Source: a virus
Taxonomy: Duplodnaviria > Caudoviricetes
Direction: 5' to 3' (one strand)
DNA length: 58,493 nucleotides
IMG/VR virus record: IMGVR_UViG_3300043449_000801
Span: 1-58,493 of that record
This document shows positions 1-10,019 of the stretch, piece after piece; position 1 is the stretch's first letter, and every line of letters starts with the position of its first letter. Below the pieces are notes generated by a model. It ran no database searches, was not told the DNA's origin, and was given only the letters and a program-made list of their open reading frames with translations. The position numbers were made by a program, and so were the translations under genes.

Positions 1-37
1 GTGGATTGCGTGTGAGTGTGAAGGATGGTATCAGGGA

Positions 38-229
38 ATGTACCTCAACCAATTGTCTGTTCACAATAAACGTTTGGAGAAGGCCAACTACCTTGTTGAC
101 CTAGCCAGTAGGAACGAAGACAACATGGATAGGTTGCAGATATTACTAGAAAGAAAGAACATGCTATTGGAAAAAATACAGGAGATTTATCAACTGTATT
201 CAAATTTACCATATGTTTGTAACCCCTAA
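38..229 (+). CDS. Hypothetical coiled-coil protein, possibly the 3' part of a gene starting before the window
   Basis: Frame is open from position 2 to the stop at 229; helical character; no recognisable motif. Confidence 0.45.
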   Translation: MYLNQLSVHNKRLEKANYLVDLASRNEDNMDRLQILLERKNMLLEKIQEIYQLYSNLPYVCNP

Positions 230-276
230 TGACAGAGGGTGAAATCTGTCTTAACTCAATTCAATTTTATTTAATT

Positions 277-786
277 ATGGCACATTGGAGAGCTAACTTC
301 AAGGAGTCTGATAAGTACCTAGGTGCAGTAGACCTATGGGATGATCAGAAGAAGAACTACAAGCAGGTTGTGGTTCACGTTGAGAAATTTTTTCAAGACG
401 AAATGGTTGGACAAATGGGTAAGGAGCGAAAGGTATTCGCCAAGCTTAAGGAGTTCACTAAACCTATGGTGGTAAACGTCACCAACTTCAAACGACTACA
501 GAAGTTGTTTGATTCAGTTGAGCAAGACCTATTCGTTGGGAATCCTATCGCACTAGGTGTTGAGAAGGTAAGCAGTCCGGAGGGGAAGGTAGATGCGCTT
601 CGCTTCAGTTCTCGCGCACCACAGGTGCAAGCAGCGAATAAAAAGCCTGCGCTACCAGATGATTCCCTACCACGAGCGATTGCATCAATCACTAGTAAGG
701 CGATGTCGATTAAGAGTATACTCGATAAGTATACAGTAACAGCAGAACAACGTAAAGCTTTAGAAGATGCAGCTAAGGACCTATAA
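277..786 (+). CDS. Conserved phage recombination-module protein (putative ssDNA-annealing/binding)
   Basis: ATG at 277 follows an AT-rich start context (MAHWRANF...YLGAVDL); lies directly upstream of exonuclease and SSB; function inferred from synteny. Confidence 0.55.
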   Translation: MAHWRANFKESDKYLGAVDLWDDQKKNYKQVVVHVEKFFQDEMVGQMGKERKVFAKLKEFTKPMVVNVTNFKRLQKLFDSVEQDLFVGNPIALGVEKVSSPEGKVDALRFSSRAPQVQAANKKPALPDDSLPRAIASITSKAMSIKSILDKYTVTAEQRKALEDAAKDL

Positions 787-1591
787 CATTGCGCCATTAT
801 TCCTAGGCACGGATGGCTTGACTGACAGCCAAGCAGCAGAGCTGTCTAAGCTACAGCAGAGGCATGCGGACTTCCTTACAGAGGAAGACCCAAAGAAACG
901 AGCCAAGCTTAAGCTTACAGAAAAAATGGAGGCTGAGTACGATCGCTTAGTAAACATAGTGCATAACCTTTCAGAAGGAAAGGTAGAACTATCTCAGGGA
1001 GCGAAGACCTTGATACGAGAGTACGTTGATGAGGAGCTGTATGGATACAAGCCAACGTTCAGCAGCAAGGAAACGGAGAAGGGTAACGAGGTAGAGGATG
1101 ACAGCATCGACCTTTACAACAGGCTGTTCTTCAAGGACCACAAGAAACTAAAACCTGGTGACAAGTACTACGAACTTAAGCATGGTATTATTGTCGGACA
1201 TCCTGACATTGTTTGTGACCTTGAGAAGAAGGTTAAGGATGCCAAGTCCGCATGGAATAAGAAGACCTTTCCAAAGCTACCGGAGGATGCCTACAACGCT
1301 ACGCATGTGTGGCAGGTGAAGACATACCTGTACATGCTTAAGATGATGACAGGCGAAGAGTGGAGACACGGAGAAGTATTCTATGCACTAGCAGACACAC
1401 CTGAAGGTCTTGTTCCGGAGTGGGAGGATGACAGCTTACATGTTATGAGTAACGTTCCGTTGAATATGCGTTTAACGGTGGTTGATGTCGAGCTTACAGA
1501 TGCAGATATCGAACACATGGAGAGAAGAATAAAGGCTGCAATGAAGTTCGCAGCAGAGTATAAAGAGCAATTATTAAATAAAAACCGATGA
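767..1591 (+). CDS. YqaJ/lambda-exonuclease-like PD-(D/E)XK nuclease
   Basis: Motifs KGNEVE, GHPD, DAKS, WQVKTY. Confidence 0.75.
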   Translation: MQLRTYNIAPLFLGTDGLTDSQAAELSKLQQRHADFLTEEDPKKRAKLKLTEKMEAEYDRLVNIVHNLSEGKVELSQGAKTLIREYVDEELYGYKPTFSSKETEKGNEVEDDSIDLYNRLFFKDHKKLKPGDKYYELKHGIIVGHPDIVCDLEKKVKDAKSAWNKKTFPKLPEDAYNATHVWQVKTYLYMLKMMTGEEWRHGEVFYALADTPEGLVPEWEDDSLHVMSNVPLNMRLTVVDVELTDADIEHMERRIKAAMKFAAEYKEQLLNKNR

Positions 1592-1938
1592 GTGATTTCA
1601 AAGTAGAAGGTGTGCTTAAGCACATTGGTGATACAGTGGTTGTATCAGAAAAGTTTAGCAAGCGTGAGTTCGTGTTGACTGTTCCTCACGATCAGTATCC
1701 ACAGCACGTGTCTTTCCAATTGACGCAAGCTAAATGCGACAACATTAACTCCTATGGTGTAGGACAAAATGTTGCCGTGTCTTTTAACCTACGTGGTAGG
1801 GAGTGGACATCTCCACAAGGAGAAGTAAAGTACTTCAACACACTAGAGGCATGGCGCATTGAGTCAGCAGGTAGTTCAGCACCTCAAGAAGTAGTGGCCA
1901 CAGAAGTATTGCCAGAAGAGGGAGATCTTCCGTTCTAA
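1588..1938 (+). CDS. Single-stranded DNA-binding protein, DUF3127 family
   Basis: FSKREFV, YPQHVSFQ, FNLRGREW, YFNTLEAWRI and acidic DLPF tail. Confidence 0.88.
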   Translation: MSDFKVEGVLKHIGDTVVVSEKFSKREFVLTVPHDQYPQHVSFQLTQAKCDNINSYGVGQNVAVSFNLRGREWTSPQGEVKYFNTLEAWRIESAGSSAPQEVVATEVLPEEGDLPF

Positions 1939-1958
1939 TCTTTAACCATTAACAGTTC

Positions 1959-1989
1959 AGCCCACAGACATTACATCTGTGGGTTTTTT
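1959..1989 (+). terminator. Rho-independent terminator after ssb
   Basis: AGCCCACAGA-cattaca-TCTGTGGGTT followed by a T-run. Confidence 0.8.
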
Positions 1990-2004
1990 AACCAAATTAA
2001 AATC

Positions 2005-4395
2005 ATGATAACGTTATTTAGAGATTTAAAACAAACAGATAGTCCTTACTACCTTCCGGTAGAGAAGGTGTTGGACAGAATAAAGAACGGTAACTCACGA
2101 GAACTGTGTGAGAAGATTCGCATGTACGAAGGTGCTGACAACAAATCCAAGCGTAACGAACTAAAGAAGCTACTACCTGCTATTTGTTTTAGTGGAAAGT
2201 TCATTAACCGAAGCAAGCAAGGAATCGTAGAACACAGCGGTCTGATATGCATAGACTTCGATGGATTCTTAGATGAGTGGAGCATGCTTGACTACAAGGC
2301 GTTCCTAATCAATGACGAGTACTCATACGCTGTGTTTGTTAGCCCATCTGGAGATGGTTTGAAGGTGCTAGTAAAGATACCACCAAGCATCGACAACCAT
2401 GTGAACTTCTTCCTGTCACTTAAAAGATACTACAACGTACCTGAGTTCGATTCTACCACTAAGGATATCAGCAGGGTATGCTTTGAGTCATGGGATCCAG
2501 ACCTATACATTAATGAGAACAGCACACTATGGGAAGACCTCACAGAGGAAGAACACCTAGTGTATGACACGAAGACTAGCCGTAGTACTATACGATTGAC
2601 AAACCACGAAGAGATTGTGCGTAGACTACTTGTATGGTGGGAGCGTGACTTCGGAATGGTGCAGGGACAGAAGAACAATAACCTGTTCATCTTAGCTGCT
2701 GCGCTTAATGACTTCGGTGTATCAGAGAGCGATGCACGACAAGTGTTGCTGTCATATGACGAGGGAGGAAAGGAGCGCGAGATTCTTAACATCCTACGCA
2801 GTGCATACAAGAACGTATCTGCACACGGAACGAAGTTCTATGAGGACAATAGCCGGACAGACAGCATCCGTACTATGGCCAAGCAAGGTGTGCCACTTGG
2901 GGAAATCATGAGCCGTAACGCATCTATTAGTCAGGATGTTATTAAGAGTATTACTCAGGATGCCAACGACAATGACGTTACTATCTTCTGGTCGAAGAAT
3001 ACTAGAGGAAACGTGGTGCATATCAACCACTTATATAAGGAATACCTAGAGTACATGGGGTATGGTAAGTACTACGTTGAGAATGGTAACACGTTCGTGT
3101 TTGTGCAGGTGGGTAATAACATCATCTCAGACGCATATGATACTACCATCAAGGACGCGGTACTGAATGACTACTTGTATAAACTAGAGGATAAGAGTAT
3201 CTACAACTACTTCGCTGATAAGAAGGGCCTATTCAAGGAAGACCACCTATCGTTCCTTAACACCATTAAGCCTAACATTATGGTAGACAATGCACATACA
3301 GCATACCTGTACTATCGTAACTGTATGGTCAAGGTGACAGCCAACGATGTAGAGATTATGGATTACAGCGACATCGATGGATACATATGGGAGAAGCAGA
3401 TAATCAACAGAGACTTTGTCAAGGCTGACTATGAGAACGCTGTGTATAAGAAGTTCATAGCCAACATCGGAGGGAAGGACGACATAAGGATACGATCAAT
3501 CGAATCGACAGCAGGATACCTTATGCATAGCTACAAGCCACCAAGCTATGCTCCAGCTGTAATCATTAACGATGAAGTAATCAGCGACAATCCGGAGGGA
3601 GGAACAGGTAAGGGTATCTTTGTTAATAGTCTAGGCCACATGAAGAGATGCGTGACTATAGACGGTAAGTCGTTTACATTTAACAAGTCGTTTCCTTATC
3701 AGACAGTGTCGGCAGATACTCAGTTGTTGGTGTTTGATGACGTTAGCCGGTACTTTGACTTCGAGAAGCTGTTCTCTATCATTACGGAAGGGATAACGCT
3801 TGAGAAGAAGAATAAGGATGCAATTAAGATACCTTTTGAGAAGAGTCCTAAGATTATTATCACAACAAACTATGCGATTAAAGGTGCAGGTAATTCGTTT
3901 GAGAGACGTAAGTGGGAGCTAGAGTTCGCACAGCACTATCATAAGGGCTTTACTCCAGAGCATGAGTTTGGGCATCAGTTGTTCACAGAGTGGGACAAAG
4001 ATGAGTGGGCTAGGTTCGACAACTACATGATTGCTAACCTACAGCTATACCTTCGTAATGGTCTACAGGAGAGTCAGTTCAAGAACCTTCGCGAGCGGAA
4101 GTTTATCGCTGAGACATCTATGGACTTCTATGAGTGGTGTAAGGATAGGTTCAACGTGATGACTAAGAACGGATCCGAGACGTTAGGCATAGACCTACAT
4201 CGTAGCTTTGTGTTACAGAACCCTGACTACAGCGAGAGAGGTAAGTACTGTATACCTCTTGCTAGGTTCTACAGATGGATAGACCTTTGGGGAGAGTTCC
4301 AATTCAATCAACGTCCGGTAACGTTTAGGAGTAGTAATGGTAAGATGATTAGGTTTGAGATGAAGCCTGATGAACAGGGTGAACTAAATTTTTGA
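2005..4395 (+). CDS. Primase-helicase (BT4734/VirE-N-like primase domain, PriCT-like region, C-terminal P-loop helicase)
   Basis: HSGLICIDFD, SPSGDGLK, DISRVCFESWDP; Walker A GGTGKG, Walker B VFDD. Confidence 0.85.
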   Translation: MITLFRDLKQTDSPYYLPVEKVLDRIKNGNSRELCEKIRMYEGADNKSKRNELKKLLPAICFSGKFINRSKQGIVEHSGLICIDFDGFLDEWSMLDYKAFLINDEYSYAVFVSPSGDGLKVLVKIPPSIDNHVNFFLSLKRYYNVPEFDSTTKDISRVCFESWDPDLYINENSTLWEDLTEEEHLVYDTKTSRSTIRLTNHEEIVRRLLVWWERDFGMVQGQKNNNLFILAAALNDFGVSESDARQVLLSYDEGGKEREILNILRSAYKNVSAHGTKFYEDNSRTDSIRTMAKQGVPLGEIMSRNASISQDVIKSITQDANDNDVTIFWSKNTRGNVVHINHLYKEYLEYMGYGKYYVENGNTFVFVQVGNNIISDAYDTTIKDAVLNDYLYKLEDKSIYNYFADKKGLFKEDHLSFLNTIKPNIMVDNAHTAYLYYRNCMVKVTANDVEIMDYSDIDGYIWEKQIINRDFVKADYENAVYKKFIANIGGKDDIRIRSIESTAGYLMHSYKPPSYAPAVIINDEVISDNPEGGTGKGIFVNSLGHMKRCVTIDGKSFTFNKSFPYQTVSADTQLLVFDDVSRYFDFEKLFSIITEGITLEKKNKDAIKIPFEKSPKIIITTNYAIKGAGNSFERRKWELEFAQHYHKGFTPEHEFGHQLFTEWDKDEWARFDNYMIANLQLYLRNGLQESQFKNLRERKFIAETSMDFYEWCKDRFNVMTKNGSETLGIDLHRSFVLQNPDYSERGKYCIPLARFYRWIDLWGEFQFNQRPVTFRSSNGKMIRFEMKPDEQGELNF

Positions 4396-4398
4396 TTT

Positions 4399-5862
4399 AT
4401 GATTAAAGTAGGAAGTGATTTTAGCGGAGTGGGTGCATTCAATCAGGCACTAATGAGATTAGGAGTTGAGTATACTGAGTTGTTCGCATGTGACATGGAT
4501 AAGTATGCTAGGCAAACATTCATTCATAACTATGGAGAGCCTGCATACTATCCAACAAACGTATATGATAGAGAGATACCAACTGAATCATTGGATATTT
4601 ACATGACATCACCTCCATGCCAGGCCTTTAGTTTAGCTGGCAAGCGATTAGGCAAGGACGATAAACGAGGTATATTGTTCTTTAATTCGCATGAATTTAT
4701 TAAGGAAAACAAACCAAGGTATTTCATATTTGAGAATGTCAAAGGATTGTTGTCTGATGATGGAGGTAAGACCTTTAGTGAATGGTGTAATATGTTAGGT
4801 GGTAAATCAGTCAATGGTAATCCTGTAATATTTCCATACGAAGAAAGCGTACCTTATCATATCTATTGGAAGGTATTGAATGCAAAGCATCACGGAGTAC
4901 CACAGAACAGGGAGCGTGTGTTTATAATTGGCATTCGTGATGATGAGGATAACACATTTAGATGGCCTGTTGAGGAGCATTTGACTAAGCGATTGAATGA
5001 TGTGTTACAGGAGGATGTGGATGATAAGTATTTTTTGAGTGAAAATACTGTCAACAAACTTGTGGAGTATGATAAAAAACAAAAAGAAAACGGCAATGGA
5101 TTTGGAGCAAAATTTCATAATTCTACAGATGTAATGTCCGCATTGAAAGTTGGTGGGGGTGGTTGTGATGACCTTGTTAAAATCAAATCAGCCACATCAA
5201 AAGGATATGAGGAGGCAACTGAAGGTGATAGTATAAACTTCAGCGTTCCTAATTCAGAAACAAGGAGAGGTCGTGTTGGTAAAGGTGTAGCTCAAACATT
5301 GGACACGGCTTGTAATCAAGGGGTGATGATAGGCGCATTTAGAGGTAGAAATCCTGACAATCCATCAGACAGAACAACAGGAGTACCAACGGAACAAAGA
5401 CTTGAAATAAACAATCAAGGAACAAGCAACACCATTACATCTGTGCAGAAGGATAATGTTGTTATTCAAGTAGGAGACTATCGAAAAGATGAAGGATATG
5501 AGGAGGCAACTGAAGGAGATAGTATAAACTTCAGCGTTCCTAATTCAGAAACAAGGAGGGGCAGGGTAGGTAAAGGTGTAGCTCAAACATTAGATACAGC
5601 TTGTAATCAGGCAATAATACATAATTGCATAACAGAAGCAATAGGTAGACAAGGTTCATCAATGGAATATATCGATTCTTGTAAAAAAGTTTATAAATCA
5701 ACACACCAAATACGCAGGCTAACACCAAGAGAATGTTTCCGCCTCATGGATTTCCCTGATACGTTTACATGGCCTGTATCAGACAGCCAAGCATACAAGC
5801 AGGCAGGGAATTCGATTGTGGTAAATGTACTTTATAAAATACTTAAGAACCTGAGCCTATGA
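4399..5862 (+). CDS. DNA (cytosine-5) methyltransferase with an expanded, duplicated target-recognition region
   Basis: Motif I FSGVG, catalytic PCQ, ENV, QNRERVF, motifs IX/X RRLTPREC and GNS. Confidence 0.93.
   Translation: MIKVGSDFSGVGAFNQALMRLGVEYTELFACDMDKYARQTFIHNYGEPAYYPTNVYDREIPTESLDIYMTSPPCQAFSLAGKRLGKDDKRGILFFNSHEFIKENKPRYFIFENVKGLLSDDGGKTFSEWCNMLGGKSVNGNPVIFPYEESVPYHIYWKVLNAKHHGVPQNRERVFIIGIRDDEDNTFRWPVEEHLTKRLNDVLQEDVDDKYFLSENTVNKLVEYDKKQKENGNGFGAKFHNSTDVMSALKVGGGGCDDLVKIKSATSKGYEEATEGDSINFSVPNSETRRGRVGKGVAQTLDTACNQGVMIGAFRGRNPDNPSDRTTGVPTEQRLEINNQGTSNTITSVQKDNVVIQVGDYRKDEGYEEATEGDSINFSVPNSETRRGRVGKGVAQTLDTACNQAIIHNCITEAIGRQGSSMEYIDSCKKVYKSTHQIRRLTPRECFRLMDFPDTFTWPVSDSQAYKQAGNSIVVNVLYKILKNLSL
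5203..5610 (+). repeat. 117-bp direct repeat inside the methyltransferase (5203-5319 and 5494-5610)
   Basis: Both copies encode GYEEATEGDSINFSVPNSETRRGRVGKGVAQTLDTACNQ; 10 nt differences, all synonymous. Confidence 0.95.
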
Positions 5863-7100
5863 AAGAGCTACGAGGCTACCAATCTCAAGGTGCTGTTAAT
5901 GGATGTAACATCCTTAAGATGCACAATATACTATACATGGCATGGAGTGTAAGGACTGGAAAGACTGCAACATCTATGGAGGTGTGTAGGTTATATTATG
6001 CAAAAGAAGTGTTGTTCCTAACTAAGAAGAAAGCAATTAAGAACATCGAGGAAGACTATCGTGACTTTGGTTTTGATAAGCACTTCAACATCACAGTTAC
6101 CAACAACGAGTCCATGCACAAGATTGAAGATCCATCTAAGTTCGATGTTGTGATACACGATGAGTCCCATCGCTTCGGATCTCTAGCCAAGCCTAACACA
6201 GGAGCCAAGCTTTTTAAGAAGTTATTCTCCGGTAAGCCAATCATCCTTCTGAGTGGTACACCTTCACCAGAGTCCTTTAGTCAGATGTACCATCAGTTCT
6301 GGATATCAGACTACTCGCCTTGGAGGAGATATCCTAACTTCTATAAATGGGCAGCAGACTATGTAAAACCTGCTCAGAAGAGAGTTGGTGCGTTCATGTA
6401 CAACGACTACTCGCATGGAATAGAGGACAAGATAATGGCTGACCTACAGTACATTATGACAACCTATACGCAGGAGCAGGCAGGGTTCAAGTCTACCATA
6501 GATGAAGAGGTGCTGCACGTTAGGATGCTACCACGCACATACGATATGGTTGACAAACTATTCGCAGACAGAGTTGTGCAGGGGAAGAATGAGGTGATAC
6601 TCGCAGACACAGCTGCAAAGCTGTTGCAGAAAGTACACCAGCTGTATAGTGGCACAGTTAAGTTTGAGAGTGGTAACTCAATGATACTTGACTTCAGTAA
6701 GGCAGAGTATATTAAAGAGCGTTTTGCCAATTCACGGATAGGAATATTCTATGTATTCAAGGCAGAGCTAGAAGCACTGCGTCAAGTGTTTGGTGATGAG
6801 AACCTTACAACCAATATAGATGAGTTCGACTCCGGAAAATATCAGTCTATAGCCTTACAAACAGTGTCCGGTCGTGAGGGTATAAGCTTAAAAAATGCAG
6901 ACTATCTTGTGTTCTATAACATTATGCATAGTGCTGTATCCTATTGGCAGGCACGAGATCGGATGACTACAATGGATCGCACGTACAACAAAGTGTATTG
7001 GGTATTTGCTGATGGAGGAATAGAGGATAAGATTTATAAGGTAGTAAAGAGCAAGAAAAAGTATACAACTAATATTTTTAAAAATGATTATTTCAAGTGA
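5859..7100 (+). CDS. SF2 (SNF2-like) helicase
   Basis: RTGKT, DESH, LSGTP, EGISL, QARDR motifs. Confidence 0.85.
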   Translation: MKELRGYQSQGAVNGCNILKMHNILYMAWSVRTGKTATSMEVCRLYYAKEVLFLTKKKAIKNIEEDYRDFGFDKHFNITVTNNESMHKIEDPSKFDVVIHDESHRFGSLAKPNTGAKLFKKLFSGKPIILLSGTPSPESFSQMYHQFWISDYSPWRRYPNFYKWAADYVKPAQKRVGAFMYNDYSHGIEDKIMADLQYIMTTYTQEQAGFKSTIDEEVLHVRMLPRTYDMVDKLFADRVVQGKNEVILADTAAKLLQKVHQLYSGTVKFESGNSMILDFSKAEYIKERFANSRIGIFYVFKAELEALRQVFGDENLTTNIDEFDSGKYQSIALQTVSGREGISLKNADYLVFYNIMHSAVSYWQARDRMTTMDRTYNKVYWVFADGGIEDKIYKVVKSKKKYTTNIFKNDYFK

Positions 7101-7359
7101 TATGACACCTAAAGAAAAAGCACAGCAACTGTATGACCTATTTTATTTTGTGGATACACACGATGGGTATGGACAATACGACAGGGAATTAACGCATGAA
7201 GACCGGAAGGAATGTGTTAAGATACTAGTAAAGCAAATCATTAATGTGTTGGTATTTACAGATATGTCTACAATGGTTGGTAGGTTTTGCGAACGCCACA
7301 GGAGCTACTATGAAAAGGTTATTAATGAGTTGGATAACATTGAACGTGATTGGCTATGA
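7084..7359 (+). CDS. Hypothetical phage protein (TPKEKA-type N-terminus)
   Basis: ORF packed in the operon; N-terminus resembles the ORF at 58288. Confidence 0.6.
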   Translation: MIISSDMTPKEKAQQLYDLFYFVDTHDGYGQYDRELTHEDRKECVKILVKQIINVLVFTDMSTMVGRFCERHRSYYEKVINELDNIERDWL

Positions 7360-7610
7360 GTATACTAGATGACCCGAATGTACAGCTGTTGGTTAAGACA
7401 TTTGATTTAAAACTACCTCCTCCTGCATCGTTTGAGGTAACAGAGTACAAGTACATTGAAGACGTAGGAATCGTTATTAAAACTGTAAAGGTGTTGGATA
7501 GTAGTGGGAATTTAATTAAGTTTGCCAAGCTTAAGGAACTAACTCCTTACTTGCATAGATTTCCAGTTAAATTCAGTGGAGGCGAAAGTACAAAAGAAAC
7601 TAATAAATGA
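7350..7610 (+). CDS. Hypothetical protein
   Basis: ORF overlapping both neighbours in the operon. Confidence 0.55.
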   Translation: MAMSILDDPNVQLLVKTFDLKLPPPASFEVTEYKYIEDVGIVIKTVKVLDSSGNLIKFAKLKELTPYLHRFPVKFSGGESTKETNK

Positions 7611-7836
7611 CCTTGAGTCCAAGGGATACTACGTTATCAAACTTTCGGTAACCAACAAGAACGGAATACCTGACATCATCGCCATACCTAAGGACTGCAC
7701 ATGCGAGTTCTATGAAGTCAAAAGACCTGGTGGTGTGGTTAGTCAGCTACAGAAGTTCAGAGCAAAAGAATTAGAAGAACACGGAATTAAAGTATTTATG
7801 CACGATGGAACATCAACTAGAATATCAGATTTATAG
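7576..7836 (+). CDS. VRR-NUC / Holliday-junction-resolvase-like nuclease
   Basis: E..VQ, GIPD, FYEVK and LQ motifs. Confidence 0.78.
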   Translation: MEAKVQKKLINDLESKGYYVIKLSVTNKNGIPDIIAIPKDCTCEFYEVKRPGGVVSQLQKFRAKELEEHGIKVFMHDGTSTRISDL

Positions 7837-8101
7837 AGAGTACTTAGGAGGTAATATAGGGCATGTCGAGATACAGAAGAAATACAACATCACAGCTACA
7901 GTCCTTGATAGAATCATGGATCACTTCTACTATAGAGAACAGCCTGGAAGATGTAAGCTTGGAAGCAAGACAGCACCATACTATGCAACTGAAGCAGAGA
8001 TGCTTATACCTGAATACAAATACGATGATTTAAGTTTAATTGAAAAACAGTTTTATGAAAGTAAAAGTAAAGAAAGCGAAGAAGGAGGATGCATGGTATG
8101 A
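7805..8101 (+). CDS. Hypothetical protein, possible HTH
   Basis: ORF in operon; EIQKKYNITATVL is HTH-like. Confidence 0.5.
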   Translation: MEHQLEYQIYREYLGGNIGHVEIQKKYNITATVLDRIMDHFYYREQPGRCKLGSKTAPYYATEAEMLIPEYKYDDLSLIEKQFYESKSKESEEGGCMV

Positions 8102-8507
8102 CATGCACATTGGTAGAACCTTTGAAGTAGTTGGTACTGATGACTATAGCGGAACGTATGCTGTGCTAGTTAAGGACAGTATCAAGTATATATACTCTGA
8201 TGACGTAGAGGTAGTAAAGGAGGATGAGCATTACGATAATAGTAACGGAAGTATTTACAAGTTTGCTCAAGATCATAAACTAAATGCGTATGAGTTCGAC
8301 ATCATTAAGCGTGTAGTGCGATGCCGAAAGAAAAACCAATTCGAAAGTGACTTAGAAAAAACTAAAAGAGTCATTGACCTGTACTTAAAAGAGTTTAATT
8401 ATGGTGCATATAAATACAAAGTTGATAAATGTATATGCGATCATAAGGTAACATTTGTTGGATATGACAACAAAACCTATTGTCTTAAATGCCACTTGCC
8501 AAAATGA
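8055..8507 (+). CDS. DUF3310 (SaV-like) domain protein
   Basis: EHY...IIKRVVRCRKK..FESDLEK pattern; ATG at 8055 preferred over TTG at 8040. Confidence 0.6.
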   Translation: MKVKVKKAKKEDAWYDMHIGRTFEVVGTDDYSGTYAVLVKDSIKYIYSDDVEVVKEDEHYDNSNGSIYKFAQDHKLNAYEFDIIKRVVRCRKKNQFESDLEKTKRVIDLYLKEFNYGAYKYKVDKCICDHKVTFVGYDNKTYCLKCHLPK

Positions 8508-8809
8508 AGAAGCCATCCATCCCACAAAAATACCTTACGTTAGCTATAGTCCTTCCAGTGCTAGGTGACTTTATCGAGGACCTAAGAGATAGCAACATCT
8601 TTCGTCAAGACCTTAAGAGAAGAGCGAACATGTTCTTAGATATTCTCAGAACTGCCGATAATAAGTTCTACGATCGAAGCAGGTTCAAGAATCTAACTGA
8701 TGAAGAATACCAACAAAAGATAAGAGAGATGGGAGACAAACAACATGAGGTTGCTATGTTGTTTAGAAATTGGGTCGCTGAAAATATGTATGACCCTATG
8801 GAAAAATAG
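8489..8809 (+). CDS. Hypothetical protein
   Basis: ORF in operon. Confidence 0.55.
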   Translation: MPLAKMKKPSIPQKYLTLAIVLPVLGDFIEDLRDSNIFRQDLKRRANMFLDILRTADNKFYDRSRFKNLTDEEYQQKIREMGDKQHEVAMLFRNWVAENMYDPMEK

Positions 8810-9011
8810 TATATCTTTGTTAAAAACAACTGTGCATCAAGAATTACTCATCTATGTTAATTCTGTCATGAATGAATTCTATGACCTAGGAGCTAGGCTC
8901 TACGAGGGAATGGTAGACAAGGATGAGGAAGAAGTTGAAGAGTCAATCAGACAACTTAAGAAGATGCTTACAGACGTACAAAGATCATATTCCCATGAGT
9001 CCGAAAAGTAA
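8745..9011 (+). CDS. Hypothetical helical protein (true start probably downstream)
   Basis: ORF fills the gap between neighbours. Confidence 0.45.
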   Translation: MRLLCCLEIGSLKICMTLWKNSISLLKTTVHQELLIYVNSVMNEFYDLGARLYEGMVDKDEEEVEESIRQLKKMLTDVQRSYSHESEK

Positions 9012-10002
9012 AGAACTAGACAAGGTAATTTATGAGTACCTAGAAAATTTCTCTGAGTATCCTACGCTTACAATAGCCAAGATGATTCGTGAGGATTATC
9101 CTGGATTATTTAACACATTGGAAGATTCTCGCCAAGCAGTAAGATACAGAAGGAACGAAAGAATTGAACGTAAAAATGAAAAGCACGAGAAGTATCAGAG
9201 AACTTCTGAGCAAAGGAAAGCAGCTCTAGGTGCTTTTAAACTTCCGGAAAGTGATTATCAGAAGAAGGATGACTACCTTATTCCTGTAGGTAATAATCGT
9301 GGATTAATTATGAATGACATCCACATACCTTACCACGACATGACAGCTCTTGAGGCAGCTATCACTCATGGTATTAATTTCAAGCCTAACTTCATTTACT
9401 TGAATGGAGATACTATTGATATGTATCAGGCATCTCGATTCATTAAGGATAGACTTAAGAGAGACATTGCCGGAGAGCTTGAGCTTACTCGTGAGTTCTT
9501 GCGTATGCTTCAAGATACATTCAGCTGTACCATTTACTTTAAGATGGGTAACCACGAAGATCGATGGGAGCATTACATGATGACTAAGGCTCCAGAATTA
9601 TTAGGTATAAAGGACTTTAAATTGTCAGAGATACTTAGATTCGGTGAGCTTGGAGTTCAGCAGGTAGACAGCAAGCAATTGTGTCGTATGGGCAATATGA
9701 TTGTAATGCATGGTCATGAGTTCGGTCAGAGTGTATTTAGTCCTGTGAATAGTGCGCGAGGTCTATACATGAAGGCTAAGGCTAACTGTGCTGTAGGACA
9801 TCACCACCAGACTAGTGAACACACGGAGAAGGATGTAAACGGAAACGTAGTTACTACGTTCTCTATTGGATCCTTGTGTGGATTGTCACCGGACTATTTC
9901 CCTTACAACAAATGGAATCACGGATTTGCCACCATTGAGACTGAACCCAATGGTGACTATGAATTTCGGAACTATAGAATCATCAATGGCAAAGTCCAGT
10001 GA
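8995..10002 (+). CDS. Calcineurin-like metallophosphoesterase with an N-terminal helical domain
   Basis: DIH, GD.ID, GNHE, HGH, GHHH motifs; start MSPKSK at 8995 preferred. Confidence 0.85.
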   Translation: MSPKSKELDKVIYEYLENFSEYPTLTIAKMIREDYPGLFNTLEDSRQAVRYRRNERIERKNEKHEKYQRTSEQRKAALGAFKLPESDYQKKDDYLIPVGNNRGLIMNDIHIPYHDMTALEAAITHGINFKPNFIYLNGDTIDMYQASRFIKDRLKRDIAGELELTREFLRMLQDTFSCTIYFKMGNHEDRWEHYMMTKAPELLGIKDFKLSEILRFGELGVQQVDSKQLCRMGNMIVMHGHEFGQSVFSPVNSARGLYMKAKANCAVGHHHQTSEHTEKDVNGNVVTTFSIGSLCGLSPDYFPYNKWNHGFATIETEPNGDYEFRNYRIINGKVQ

Positions 10003-10019
10003 TGAGTGTGAAAGAAAGA

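Noticed and set aside
393-3030. Minus-strand ORFs within the replication genes, and similar antisense ORFs throughout
   Set aside because: Fully overlap well-supported genes on the opposite strand and carry no motifs
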